The position numbers and the translations under genes are program-made. The notes below the pieces were generated by a model. The model was given only the letters and a program-made list of their open reading frames with translations, was not told the DNA's origin and ran no database searches. This document shows positions 27,676 to 37,305 of a stretch of DNA of 64,000 bases, piece by piece (positions within the stretch are counted from its first letter, which is position 1; each line of letters starts with the position of its first letter). Origin of the DNA: Gammaproteobacteria bacterium (GTDB taxonomy: Bacteria; Pseudomonadota; Gammaproteobacteria; Steroidobacterales; Foliamicaceae); assembly GCA_026708965.1 (NCBI GenBank), contig JAPOTY010000020.1, positions 4,017 to 68,016 on the forward strand, read 5' to 3'.

Positions 27676-29250
27676 ATGGCGGATTTCGATGTGATCGTGA
27701 TTGGCGGCGGGGTGAACGGCCTGGCCTGCGCCGCTACGCTCGCGCGCGAAGGATTGAGCTGCTGCGTGCTGGAGCGCAACCGCTACGTGGGCGGCGGCGC
27801 GGTCACGCGCGAAGTCACGCTGCCGGGATTTCGCCACGATCTATATGGTTCCTCGCATGTTTGGATTCACTGCAACGACGATTTCAAGGCGATTCAGCCG
27901 GAGCTGGAGCGATTCGGGCTGAAGTACATCGAGCCGGAGGAGCACATCACCGGCCATCCAGACCGCGGCGGCGGCCCCGGCATCGTGGTCTATAAGAGCG
28001 TGGAGCGCACCTGCGGATCCATTGCGGCGTATTCGCCTGCGGACGCGCGCCGCTACGCTGCGGTCTGCGCGGATTTCGAGCAGATCCGCGAGGGCTTTAT
28101 CAAGGCCTTTTTCTCGCCTCCGGCGCCGCCAAGCACGCTGCCGCGCGCGCTGGAAGGGAGCGTGGATGGCCTAAAGCGCCTGCGCGAATTCTCCATGTCG
28201 GCGCGCGCTTGGGTGGAAGCCAACTTCGAGAACGATTTCGTGCGCGCGATGATGCTCAACTGGGCGCTGGCGCCGCAGATCCTTCCGGACCAGGAGGGCG
28301 CGGGGCAGTCCTTCTACATCATGATCCCGGCCATCCACCACTACGGGCAGGCGATTCCCGAAGGCGGGAGCCAGCAACTGCCGGACGCCATGGCGGCCTT
28401 TCTGGAAGGCAACGGCAGCCGGGTGATGACCTCGTCACCGGTCGAGCAGATCGTTGTGGAGCAGGGCCGGGCCTGCGGCGCGCGCCTTGAGTCCGGCGAG
28501 ACGCTGCGAGCGCGGCGGGCGGTGGTGTCCGCGCTGGAGCCGCGCCAGACTTTCTTGCGACTGCTGGACGACGATTTGCTCGAAGATGGATTCCTGGAAA
28601 TGGTGCGCGGCTATTCCTTCGGCAGGATCACGGTTTGCCGGATGCACTTGGCACTGAAGGAACCGCCCCGCTTCGCCAACGGCGAGGCCATGAGCCGCTG
28701 CGCCTTCCACCGCATGACCGACAGCATGCCGCAGCTACTGAAGTTCTACGGTGAGCTGGCCATGGGCATTCCGCCTTCGGACCCGTTTTTGTGGTCGGCC
28801 TGCTGGACGCTGCTTGATCCGACGCGGGCGCCGGACGGGCAACATACCCTGATATTTGATACCTTTGTTTCCAATCATCTGTCTGATGGGCGCGCTTGGG
28901 GCGAAATCGGAGAAAACTATGCGCGCGATGTGCTGCTGCCCAAGCTGCGGCAATACGCGCCCAATATCGCCGGGGACAATATTCTCGGACAGCATGTGGA
29001 AACCGGCGAGAGCCTGGAGCGCGCCAATCCGTCGTTTGTTGAAGGAACCACCAACGGGGGCGAACGGATCGCTTCGCAGCTCGGCTATTTCCGACCGTTT
29101 CCGGGCTATGCGCATTACCGTTCCCCGGTGCAGGGCCTTTACATGACCGGGCCGCACTGCCATCCCGGCGGAGGGATCTCGGCCATGGGCACGATCACAG
29201 CGCGGGTCATGCTGGACGACTTCGGCATCCGCGAGGCGGACTTTTGGTAA
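27676..29250 (+). CDS. FAD-dependent oxidoreductase, phytoene-desaturase (CrtI-like) family
   Basis: ATG 27676 gives MADFDVIVIGGGVNGLACA (dinucleotide-binding fold). The body of about 520 aa has a CrtI-family C-terminal GPHCHPGGGISAMG block. Confidence 0.75.
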   Translation: MADFDVIVIGGGVNGLACAATLAREGLSCCVLERNRYVGGGAVTREVTLPGFRHDLYGSSHVWIHCNDDFKAIQPELERFGLKYIEPEEHITGHPDRGGGPGIVVYKSVERTCGSIAAYSPADARRYAAVCADFEQIREGFIKAFFSPPAPPSTLPRALEGSVDGLKRLREFSMSARAWVEANFENDFVRAMMLNWALAPQILPDQEGAGQSFYIMIPAIHHYGQAIPEGGSQQLPDAMAAFLEGNGSRVMTSSPVEQIVVEQGRACGARLESGETLRARRAVVSALEPRQTFLRLLDDDLLEDGFLEMVRGYSFGRITVCRMHLALKEPPRFANGEAMSRCAFHRMTDSMPQLLKFYGELAMGIPPSDPFLWSACWTLLDPTRAPDGQHTLIFDTFVSNHLSDGRAWGEIGENYARDVLLPKLRQYAPNIAGDNILGQHVETGESLERANPSFVEGTTNGGERIASQLGYFRPFPGYAHYRSPVQGLYMTGPHCHPGGGISAMGTITARVMLDDFGIREADFW

Positions 29251-29260
29251 GGAGCATGAA

Positions 29261-30412
29261 ATGAGCGGAATCGAGAAATACACGGGCATGGTGATACAAC
29301 CGCACGTGGTGGTGGCTGAGGACCGCGACGGCATACAGCGCAATCTCGACCGGGCGCTGAACATGATCGACTTCGGCGTGGGCTACTTCTGGGAGTTGCC
29401 GGTGAAGCTGGTGGTGCTGCCGGAATACTTCCTGCAAGGCGTGACCACGCCCGGCAAGGGCGAACACGGCATCGACAGCTTCATGAAAAAGGCGATCACC
29501 TTCGACGGCCCGGAGATGCGCGCGCTCGGCGACAAGGCCCGCGAATACGGCCTCTACATCGCCGGCGGAGGCGTGGTGGAGCAGGTGCCCGAGTTTCCGG
29601 ACCGCTGGTTCAACGCCGCCTTCATTATCGGGCCTTCCGGCGATGTGATCCTGCGTTACCACAAGTGGCATATTCCCGCCAACATCGGCCTCGGCAGCAG
29701 CCCGCACGACTTGCTCGACGCCTACCGCGAAGTGTTCGGCGACGATATCAAGGATCTGTTCCCGGTGGTCGATACCGAAATCGGCAAGCTCGGCACCATG
29801 ACCTGCCACGACGGCTGCACGCCGGAGGTTTCCCGCGCGCTGGGCTACAACGGCTGCGAGGTGCTTTGCCATCCCACCGCGTTGCAGGAGATCGAGGGCG
29901 TGAGCGAGCCGTGGGACTTCTGGACCTTCACCCGCCGCACCCGCGCCCACGACAATATGTGCTATCTGCTGGGCTCGAACTGGGGCACGGTCGATTACGA
30001 CTTCTACCCCAAGGCCTTCTGCCCTGGCGGCTCGTTCATCATCGACTACACCGGCATGATGCTGCGCCACGCCAACTACCCGTCCGAGCAGGTGATCGGC
30101 GCCACCATCGATATCGAGTCGCTGCGCGAGCATCGGTCGCGCTGCGGCCATAATTGCTGGGTCGATGTGCGCACCGAGGGCTTCAAACAGATCTACGAGA
30201 ATCCGATCTACCCGCCCAACCAGTTTCCGCCCGGCCAGCCGCCGCGCACGCTGGCGGACAAGATGGGGCCGCTGGACACCGTGTTCCGCGATCTCTACGG
30301 GCGCGGCCAGTTCATGCCGCCCGCCGGCATGACGGCGGAGGACATGCCCAAGCGGCATCGCCAGCGCGTGCGCGCCGCCCAAGAGCGCGGCACGCTGAAG
30401 AAGAGCGACTGA
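29261..30412 (+). CDS. carbon-nitrogen hydrolase (nitrilase/amidase superfamily)
   Basis: Glu-Lys-Cys triad contexts VVLPEYF, RYHKWH and GTMTCHDG. It lies 10 nt downstream of the oxidoreductase. Confidence 0.8.
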   Translation: MSGIEKYTGMVIQPHVVVAEDRDGIQRNLDRALNMIDFGVGYFWELPVKLVVLPEYFLQGVTTPGKGEHGIDSFMKKAITFDGPEMRALGDKAREYGLYIAGGGVVEQVPEFPDRWFNAAFIIGPSGDVILRYHKWHIPANIGLGSSPHDLLDAYREVFGDDIKDLFPVVDTEIGKLGTMTCHDGCTPEVSRALGYNGCEVLCHPTALQEIEGVSEPWDFWTFTRRTRAHDNMCYLLGSNWGTVDYDFYPKAFCPGGSFIIDYTGMMLRHANYPSEQVIGATIDIESLREHRSRCGHNCWVDVRTEGFKQIYENPIYPPNQFPPGQPPRTLADKMGPLDTVFRDLYGRGQFMPPAGMTAEDMPKRHRQRVRAAQERGTLKKSD

Positions 30413-30470
30413 TGCCACGCTGCGTTTATATTCGCGTTCGCGTGATCGGCTATGACCGGGAGGTTGGCGC

Positions 30471-30824
30471 ATGCGCGTGAAGAGCGACTTGGCCGACCTC
30501 AACCTCAAGCTGGGGCGCATCCGCCGCCAGGGCGATGAACTGGTGGTCGATAGCGCCCCGGAGAGCAGCATCGACGCGCGCATCCGCATTGACGCTTCCG
30601 AAGCCCGCAGCATTCTTGGCAGAATCCTGAGGTCGGGGGCTGTATGGAGCTTTTTGATCCGCCTGCCCTTTGCGCAGCGGATCAAGGCCGCTCGCTCGCG
30701 CCGGGAGCAGGCGCGGGCGCTTGCCGCCCCCGATACGAACGCAGACACCTCCGCTTTCGTTGCCCGCGATAACCCGGTCTGGCGCACCCGACGCGAAAGC
30801 ACCGGCCTCAACAAGCCTTGGTAG
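30471..30824 (+). CDS. hypothetical protein
   Basis: 117-aa ORF with a strong GC3 bias consistent with coding. It is on the same strand as, and directly after, the C-N hydrolase. No recognisable motif. Confidence 0.4.
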   Translation: MRVKSDLADLNLKLGRIRRQGDELVVDSAPESSIDARIRIDASEARSILGRILRSGAVWSFLIRLPFAQRIKAARSRREQARALAAPDTNADTSAFVARDNPVWRTRRESTGLNKPW

Positions 30825-30857
30825 GCTACCCGACATATTGCGTATGCGTGATCTAGA

Positions 30858-30963
30858 GGCCTTTGCGCCACCCCCTCTTGGGGGAGCGTCGGCGGCAGGA
30901 GCCGCCGCCGAGCCCCATGGATGGGTTTATGCGTCTCCCCCAAGAGGGGGTGGCGCAAAGGCC
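30858..30963. repeat. 106-bp palindromic intergenic element (perfect 29-bp arms, 48-nt spacer containing its own hairpin)
   Basis: ggcctttgcgccaccccctcttgggggag (30858-30886) is the exact reverse complement of ctcccccaagagggggtggcgcaaaggcc (30935-30963). An inner hairpin cggcggc-agga-gccgccg lies at 30890-30907. Confidence 0.95.
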
Positions 30964-31060
30964 GAGGGACTGGCAAAACTGCGGCTCGCGGCAACTGGCC
31001 GGGAGTTCTTGCTGCCATCAAGAAGAGTGCTCTAAAAGCCAAGGGACTGAGGATAGGCAG

Positions 31061-32065
31061 ATGGCCAGCATTCTGGGATTCGGCGAGATCATGCTGCGGC
31101 TGTCCACGCCCCGAGGCGAGGTGCTGAGCAGCGCGAGTTCGCTTGATACGGCCTTTGGCGGGGCGGAGGCCAACACCATCATTGCGCTGGCCGGCTTCGG
31201 GCATAACGCAGCGTTTCTGACCTGTCAGCCGGACAACGACTGGGGCCGAAGAAGCACCGCCATGCTAGCGGCCTCCGGCATTCGTTCCGAGACCTTGTAC
31301 ATGAGCGACGCGCGAATCGGGACGTATTTCCTGGAGACCGGCGTCGGTCGGCGGGGCGGCCGCATCATCTACGACCGCAAGCATTCGGCTTTCGCCTGTC
31401 AGGACTGGTCCGGCTTGGATTGGTCGGCGCTGTTGAGGGGCGTGGACCGACTGCACCTGAGCGGCATCACGCTGGCGCTTTCCGAGTCCGCCGCCGATGC
31501 CTGCGAAGCGGCGGCCCGGGCTGCGTGCGAGGTCGGCTGCGGGGTGTCATTCGATGCCAACTACCGTAGCGCGCTATGGGCCGACCCGCGGGACTTCGGT
31601 GCCGCCTGCCGCCGCATTGCGGCTTTGGCCGATGTGGTGTTCTGCGGTTGCCGCGAGATCCGCTGGATGATCGACCAGCCGCGCCCTGATGAGATTTCGC
31701 CCGATCCCGCGCACGGCTTCCATCTGCTTAAGCCGGTTGCTCCCAACATGAGATGGCTGGCCGGCACCCTGCACGATCAGGACGAAAGCGGCATGCAGAG
31801 ACTGGGCGGTTTCGCCACCAACGGCGAGGATTCCGCCAAGGTTGAACCACGCGGATTAGGCCAGTTCATCGACCGGGTGGGCGGCGGCGATGCCTTTGCA
31901 GCCGGCATTCTGCACGGCTTGGCAGAGGGCTGGCCGGTGCAGCGAACCAGCGAATTCGCCCATGCCGCCGCTGCCCTCAAGCACACCATCTTCGGCGATC
32001 AGCTACGTGCTTCCGCCGCCGAAGTGCAGCGCTACGCCGCCCACGGCGCCGCCGTCTCCCGCTAA
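31061..32065 (+). CDS. kdgK: PfkB-family sugar kinase, 2-dehydro-3-deoxygluconokinase-like
   Basis: ATG 31061 (MASILGFGEIMLRLS...) lies within ORF 30863..32065. FGGAEANT and the C-terminal DRVGGGDAFAAG are KdgK/PfkB signatures. Confidence 0.8.
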   Translation: MASILGFGEIMLRLSTPRGEVLSSASSLDTAFGGAEANTIIALAGFGHNAAFLTCQPDNDWGRRSTAMLAASGIRSETLYMSDARIGTYFLETGVGRRGGRIIYDRKHSAFACQDWSGLDWSALLRGVDRLHLSGITLALSESAADACEAAARAACEVGCGVSFDANYRSALWADPRDFGAACRRIAALADVVFCGCREIRWMIDQPRPDEISPDPAHGFHLLKPVAPNMRWLAGTLHDQDESGMQRLGGFATNGEDSAKVEPRGLGQFIDRVGGGDAFAAGILHGLAEGWPVQRTSEFAHAAAALKHTIFGDQLRASAAEVQRYAAHGAAVSR

Positions 32066-32808
32066 CGCAAGCTAACCAGCACTTCGTTGCGGCGCAGCTG
32101 CGGGATCGTCCACGGCGGGTTGTAGCCCGCCACTCGCCAATCGCCTTCATGCTCCAGCCCGCGCTCGTCCAGCCACGCGGCGAGCTTCCTGCGATGCTCT
32201 TCGGCATTTCTGTCGCGCAACAAGCCTCCGAAGCGCACGCTGGCCGACCGGCGAGGTGTCACATCGCGAATCTTCACCATGGGGTTGGTAGGCGTGGGCG
32301 CCGTTTCCTTGGTGTAGCCCTCGGGCAGAACGAAGGCCATCGACCAGTTGCGGATATCGTCGCCGGCCAGCCGTCCGCCATCGGCCTCGCCTGAATCTCC
32401 GCCAGGACTCAAAAGCACCGGCGCGGTCATGGCAATCTTCTCGCCCTGCGGCTGAAATTCCACCGGCGCGGTCATCTCGATCTTCCGCTTGCCCTCGTTG
32501 GCGCCGGAAATGTAGCGCACCAGCCAACGGAACCCCACCCGGCTGGTGCCATCGAAATCCTGCGGCACCACCACTTCCGCCACCGCATAGGCATCGTAAT
32601 CGCGCACCTGAAAATCGCCGTCCTCAATAACGACGCGAAAAGCTGGCTCCTCCGCCGCCTTCCCCCCCACGACCGAACAAGCCGCCACCGCCATCGCCGT
32701 TAAAACGCCCATAAGACCAGCCTTTGCGGATGGGCGCCGTTTCCGTGCCGAGCTTCGAGTTTCATTTTCGGAAAAGATACGATCCGCTTTTGGAGTTTTC
32801 ATGGTCAT
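32062..32808 (-). CDS. SOUL heme-binding-family protein (secreted or lipoprotein-like)
   Basis: A start at 32808, 32802 or 32712 is possible within ORF 32062..33033. FQVRDYDAYAVAEV and FRWLVRYISGANEGKRKIEMTAPV fit the SOUL/HBP pattern. Confidence 0.7.
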   Translation of the reverse strand: MTMKTPKADRIFSENETRSSARKRRPSAKAGLMGVLTAMAVAACSVVGGKAAEEPAFRVVIEDGDFQVRDYDAYAVAEVVVPQDFDGTSRVGFRWLVRYISGANEGKRKIEMTAPVEFQPQGEKIAMTAPVLLSPGGDSGEADGGRLAGDDIRNWSMAFVLPEGYTKETAPTPTNPMVKIRDVTPRRSASVRFGGLLRDRNAEEHRRKLAAWLDERGLEHEGDWRVAGYNPPWTIPQLRRNEVLVSLR

Positions 32809-33218
32809 AACTCTAAACCTCACTCCAATCAACTTGCAAGAATATACGCTTGTTTCCCCCCGCACGGATTCACCCGCACAATCTCTGGTGGTCAAACGGG
32901 GAAGGATTCTCGGAATTGAAGTGAAGGCGGGGGCAACAGCGAAGCCCGAGGACTTCCGAGGCCTCAGGCGCCTTCGGTCGGCAACCGCCGAAGCATTCGC
33001 CTGCGGAATCGTCCTGCACGACGGGGACCGCATCTAGCGCTTCGGAGACAGGCTGTACGCCATGCCGGTCAGCCGCTTATGGATATAACGCCGACTGGCA
33101 AATTATGCGTTTCGCCTCTACTAGCATCCCATGCTGCGGGTGGTTTGGCAGTGTCAAAAATTTTTCGCATACATACTCCTCGGTATATATGCATTCCTTT
33201 CAGCGCTTAATCACGATC

Positions 33219-34499
33219 CTATGTGACACGAGAGGCGTTGCGGGCATGCCATCGCAAAGCCTCCCGATCGGGATGCTGGCTCTCATGTACAGGCATCCGC
33301 AGTTTTCGGCCCCGAAATTGTCCTAGCCAGTCATTGCGCGAATCTTTATCGGCATCCTTGGACAAATTGATGCGGTATTCCCTATTGATCCAAAGCATTC
33401 CATTGTCGAACGCCCAGTGGATCATGCGGCACAACGCAAGTCCGTTACGCACGAGGTCTTTGCCGCCCCGGGAAACGGGGACGATATGCGCCGCCTCCAC
33501 CTCGAAGCGGAATCCGGTGTCCATGCCGTCAGCGGATCGAAGACCCATCCCCGAAATAGCGCACTTAGACTCGTACGCGCCCAACACAGCGGTTCTAAAC
33601 ATGTTGGATCGAACCGCCACTTGGCGTTCGGTCATCTTCCTTGTACCAATTTCGGCGAGTAAGTCGTCCAACCGCCGAGCCACCGAGCGATCATCGCGTA
33701 ATTCGCTCACTTCCTTGAGTCTCTTAAAGAGTGTCGGCGATGAGCCTTTCAAGTTTTCCGTGTCGTTTAACCACACCGAAAACGAGGCCGGGAGCAGCGC
33801 TATTATGGTGTCGGCTGACAAGTTGGAAAGATCGAAACAGTCCGGCAGATTATTGAGGAACCTGCAATAGGCCCGCAGCCCAATTTCCTCGTCGGAATAA
33901 CCGCGCTTCGGTTTGCCGGATATGGGGTGGACGTAGAGTCGGCTTGCCGCGATCAATGCGCCAGGACTGGCCATCAGGCGCAATCGCTCGCCGAGGTGCG
34001 TGGCCGCAATACCGTGGACCGGTAAAGCGTATGAGAGAAGAAGGTCCAGCTCGCCATTAGGTCCGCCGTTGTAACGGCGATACGACATGTAGGGCCCGCG
34101 CAGAAGGTGGCGATGCCGTCGACGGGCATCCGGGTCTTCGAGCAAGTGGCGTCCGTCCACGCCAGGCTCTCGTTGCCCGTCCGGGCTGATCGGGCACACT
34201 GCGTCAAAGTAGAGCAACGACAGCCATTCCCACATTCCGTGCTCGTCGGCATCCGCGAATACGCCGGCTTCGACGACCCTCTGGTTGATGTACTCGGCGA
34301 ACTCCCTTCTGCTTGCAAAATTTCGCCGCTTAACCAGTATGTCACCGAGGGCGCATGGTGCTGAGTAACGGGGATCCGTCAGCATCTCAAGAGGCGGTGA
34401 TAAAGTGCTTTGGCGGCGCAACCGAGCCAGATATTGAGCGAATTCGCTGATGCCTTTGGCGGTTAAACACCGTACCGTGTGCAATTGCCTGTCCCCCAA
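33219..34499 (-). CDS. HNH_2-type endonuclease with an uncharacterised N-terminal region of about 300 aa
   Basis: C-terminal CAISG...EVEAAHIVPVSRGGKDLVRNGLALCRMIHWAFDNGMLWI matches the HNH_2 (PF13391-like) pattern. The ORF uses a TTG at 34499, and the first ATG gives a start at 34385. The gene is AT-richer than its flanks. Confidence 0.7.
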   Translation of the reverse strand: MGDRQLHTVRCLTAKGISEFAQYLARLRRQSTLSPPLEMLTDPRYSAPCALGDILVKRRNFASRREFAEYINQRVVEAGVFADADEHGMWEWLSLLYFDAVCPISPDGQREPGVDGRHLLEDPDARRRHRHLLRGPYMSYRRYNGGPNGELDLLLSYALPVHGIAATHLGERLRLMASPGALIAASRLYVHPISGKPKRGYSDEEIGLRAYCRFLNNLPDCFDLSNLSADTIIALLPASFSVWLNDTENLKGSSPTLFKRLKEVSELRDDRSVARRLDDLLAEIGTRKMTERQVAVRSNMFRTAVLGAYESKCAISGMGLRSADGMDTGFRFEVEAAHIVPVSRGGKDLVRNGLALCRMIHWAFDNGMLWINREYRINLSKDADKDSRNDWLGQFRGRKLRMPVHESQHPDREALRWHARNASRVT

Positions 34500-34509
34500 A
34501 TTCTTACGG

Positions 34510-35721
34510 CTACCAGTGCCAGAGGGTGCCGTCTTCGAGGCGGTTGACGGGGAGGGAGGCGGGGCGGTAGGGGTGTTCGGCGGCTAGCGCCTCGTTGATA
34601 TCGACGCCGTGGCCGGGGGCTTCGCCGGGGTGCAGGTAGCCGTTATCGAAGCGCCAGGCGCGGGGGAAAACGGCATCCGTTTCTGGCGTGTGGCGCATGT
34701 ATTCCTGGATGCCGAAATTCGGTACGGAAAGGTCGAAGTGGAGCGCGGCGCCCATGCTTACGGGCGACAAGTCGGTGGCGCCGTGGCAGCCGGTGCGGAC
34801 TTGGTGGAGCGCGGCCAGCGCGGCGATTTGGCGCAGGTGGGTGATGCCGCCGGCGTGGGTAACGGTGCAGCGGATGTAGTCGATCAGCTGGTTCTCGATC
34901 AGGTCTTTGCAGTCCCAGATGGCGTTGAAGATTTCGCCCACCGCTAGCGGAGTCGTCGTGTGCGAGCGGATCAGCCTGAAGGACTCCTGGTTTTCGGCGG
35001 GCGTGGGGTCTTCCATCCAGAACAGCGCATAGGGTTCCAGCGCCTTGCCCAAGCGACCGGCCTCGATGGGGGTGAGGCGATGGTGCACGTCGTGCAGCAG
35101 GTGCGGCGTAAATCCGTATTCCTTGCGCAGGGCGGAGAACAGTTCGGGCACGGAGTTGAGGTATTTCTCCGACGACCAGACGTTTTCCTCGGGGACCGCA
35201 GCGCCCGCCGGTTCGTAGAACATCTTGTCCTTGCTGACGCCGTAAGTGCTTGGCAAGCCGGGAACGCCGCACTGGGCGCGCACGGCCTTGTAGCCGAGCT
35301 TCAGGTAGCGGCCCACTTCCTCCACGGTGGCGGCTACATCCTCGCCGTTGGCGTGGCCGTAGCAGAGCACGCCGTCGCGGCTGCGCCCGCCCAGCAACTG
35401 GTAGAGCGGCATTCCTGCGGCTTTGGCCTTGAGGTCCCACAAGGCGGTATCGACGGCGCCGATGGCGGTCATCGTGACTGGCCCGCGCCTCCAGTAGGCG
35501 CCGCGATAGAGGTACTGCCAAGTGTCCTCGATGCGGGCCGCGTCGCGGCCGATCAGGGTAGGGATGACATGGTCGTTGAGATAGCTGAAGACCGCCATTT
35601 CACGACCGTTGAGCGTGGCGTCGCCTAGGCCGTGCAAGCCGTCCTCGGTGACGACCTTAAGCGTGATGAAGTTACGCCCCGGGCAGGTCGCGATCACGCG
35701 GGCCTCAGCGATCCGCGACAT
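34510..35721 (-). CDS. enolase-superfamily D-mannonate dehydratase (ManD/RspA-like)
   Basis: The N-terminus [33 protein letters not shown] and the block [25 protein letters not shown] are typical of the ManD/RspA subgroup. Confidence 0.85.
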   Translation of the reverse strand: MSRIAEARVIATCPGRNFITLKVVTEDGLHGLGDATLNGREMAVFSYLNDHVIPTLIGRDAARIEDTWQYLYRGAYWRRGPVTMTAIGAVDTALWDLKAKAAGMPLYQLLGGRSRDGVLCYGHANGEDVAATVEEVGRYLKLGYKAVRAQCGVPGLPSTYGVSKDKMFYEPAGAAVPEENVWSSEKYLNSVPELFSALRKEYGFTPHLLHDVHHRLTPIEAGRLGKALEPYALFWMEDPTPAENQESFRLIRSHTTTPLAVGEIFNAIWDCKDLIENQLIDYIRCTVTHAGGITHLRQIAALAALHQVRTGCHGATDLSPVSMGAALHFDLSVPNFGIQEYMRHTPETDAVFPRAWRFDNGYLHPGEAPGHGVDINEALAAEHPYRPASLPVNRLEDGTLWHW

Positions 35722-35786
35722 CAGTTAGACGCTCCCCCATCGGATCGGGTGTTGCGCCGCCAAGCCAGTTTCGATGCCCTGTCGCA

Positions 35787-37277
35787 TCAATCCATCCTCG
35801 CCATGATCGACTTGGTTTCCATGTATATCTTCAGGCCCTCAAGGCCGTGCTCGCGGCCCCAGCCGGACTGCTTGTAGCCGCCGATGGGCATTGAGAGATC
35901 GGGAATGCCGTGCGAGTTGATCCACACGATGCCGGATTCCAAGCGCTCAGCAATCGCATGGCCGCGCGCCAGATCGCGGGTCCAGACGCTCGCGGCCAGT
36001 CCGTAACGGCTTTGGTTCGCCTCGCGGATCGCTTCGTCCGCTGTTTCAAAAGGCGCTATCGTCACCACCGGGCCAAATACCTCTTCGCGGCTAATCCGCA
36101 TGTCTTCGGCGGCCCCTGTGAAAACGGTTGGCGGGTAGAAGAAGCCGTCGCCGGGGACTGGTTCTCCGCCGGTCACGAGCCGCGCGCCCTCGCCGATCCC
36201 GGATTCGACTAACGCATGCACCGATTGGCGATGCGAGGCGCTGATGAGCGGGCCCATTTGCGAGCCGGGGTCCAGCCCCGGGCCCAGCTTGAGTCCGTGC
36301 GCGGCTTCCGCCAGGCCGTCGAGCACATCCTGATACACGCCCGCCTGGGCGTATATCCGCGAGCCGGCCACGCATACCTGTCCGGCGCCGGCGAATATCG
36401 CGTCGGCAGCGCCGCTAATAGCCTGCGGCAAATCGGCATCGTCGAAGATCAATACCGGCGATTTGCCGCCCAGCTCCAGCGATAAGCGCTTCAGGTTGCC
36501 GCGCGCATCGGCCAGCAACCGCTTGCCCACCTCGGTGGAGCCGGTGAACGCCACCTTGTTCACCTGCGAATGGCGCGCCAAGTGTTGCCCCAGCGCTCCG
36601 CCAGGGCCGGGCAATATGCTGACCACGCCCTCGGGCACGCCCGCTTCCAGCAGCAGCCGGCCTAGGTAAAGCGCCGTAAGCGGCGTTAGTTCCGCAGGCT
36701 TGAGCACGCAGCTGCAGCCGGCCGCCAGGGCCGGCGCCAGCTTCCAGGCGGCCATCACCAGCGGCCCGTTCCAGGGCACGATCTGCGCCGCCACCCCTAC
36801 CGGCTCGTGCCGGATCAACCCCTGAAAGCGCTGGCCGGGCACGGACGGATCGAAAGTGGCGCCGGGCAGCTTGGTGCACCAGCCCGCGTAATAGCGGAAT
36901 GTATCGGCGGCGTGGGGCACCTCGCCATGCAACGCCGCCGCGTACAGCTTGCCGCCGTTGAGCGTTTCCAGTTCCGCGAGCGTTTGAGCGTCGCGGTCGA
37001 TCAATTCCGCCACGCGCAACAGCACACGCTGCTTGTGCGCGGGCGTTTGCCCGCTCCAGCGCCGGTCGAGAAAGGCGGCGCGGGCCGCCGCCACCGCGTC
37101 GTCCGCCTGCCCTGCGGAAGCGGGCGCGACACGCGCTATTTCCTCGCCCGTGGCCGGATCAAGGATCGGCTCCGGCTTTCCGCCCTGTCCTGGCGCCCAG
37201 CGCTCTCCTGCCAATACGAGGTGCTTTGCGCCGAGAAAATCCCGCGCCGCCTGCGAAACCCCGTGCGAATTATTCAC
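35787..37277 (-). CDS. NAD(P)-dependent aldehyde dehydrogenase
   Basis: LELGGKSP and AGQVCVAGSR (catalytic Glu and Cys contexts). 496 aa. Confidence 0.9.
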   Translation of the reverse strand: MNNSHGVSQAARDFLGAKHLVLAGERWAPGQGGKPEPILDPATGEEIARVAPASAGQADDAVAAARAAFLDRRWSGQTPAHKQRVLLRVAELIDRDAQTLAELETLNGGKLYAAALHGEVPHAADTFRYYAGWCTKLPGATFDPSVPGQRFQGLIRHEPVGVAAQIVPWNGPLVMAAWKLAPALAAGCSCVLKPAELTPLTALYLGRLLLEAGVPEGVVSILPGPGGALGQHLARHSQVNKVAFTGSTEVGKRLLADARGNLKRLSLELGGKSPVLIFDDADLPQAISGAADAIFAGAGQVCVAGSRIYAQAGVYQDVLDGLAEAAHGLKLGPGLDPGSQMGPLISASHRQSVHALVESGIGEGARLVTGGEPVPGDGFFYPPTVFTGAAEDMRISREEVFGPVVTIAPFETADEAIREANQSRYGLAASVWTRDLARGHAIAERLESGIVWINSHGIPDLSMPIGGYKQSGWGREHGLEGLKIYMETKSIMARMD

Positions 37278-37305
37278 TGCGCTTCAAAGGCGGACGGGGA
37301 ATCAG

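Noticed and set aside
27439-27837. 133-codon N-terminal extension of the vsr ORF (the 275-aa version).
   Set aside because: Vsr homology starts exactly at the internal MIDTVSAERRSEIM. The extension is Arg/His/Ala-rich, and it overlaps the divergent promoter and the start of the oxidoreductase gene.
30863-31060. TTG-initiated 66-codon extension of the kdgK-like ORF.
   Set aside because: It starts inside the left arm of the 29-bp inverted repeat and translates both arms. PfkB homology begins at the ATG at 31061.
29207-31204. 665-aa minus-strand ORF, the longest unexplained ORF in the track.
   Set aside because: It lies antisense to the well-supported C-N hydrolase gene and the 30471 ORF, and it runs through the palindromic element. 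Its translation is Arg/Ala/Pro/Gly low-complexity with no motif. This is the typical shadow ORF of a GC-rich genome.
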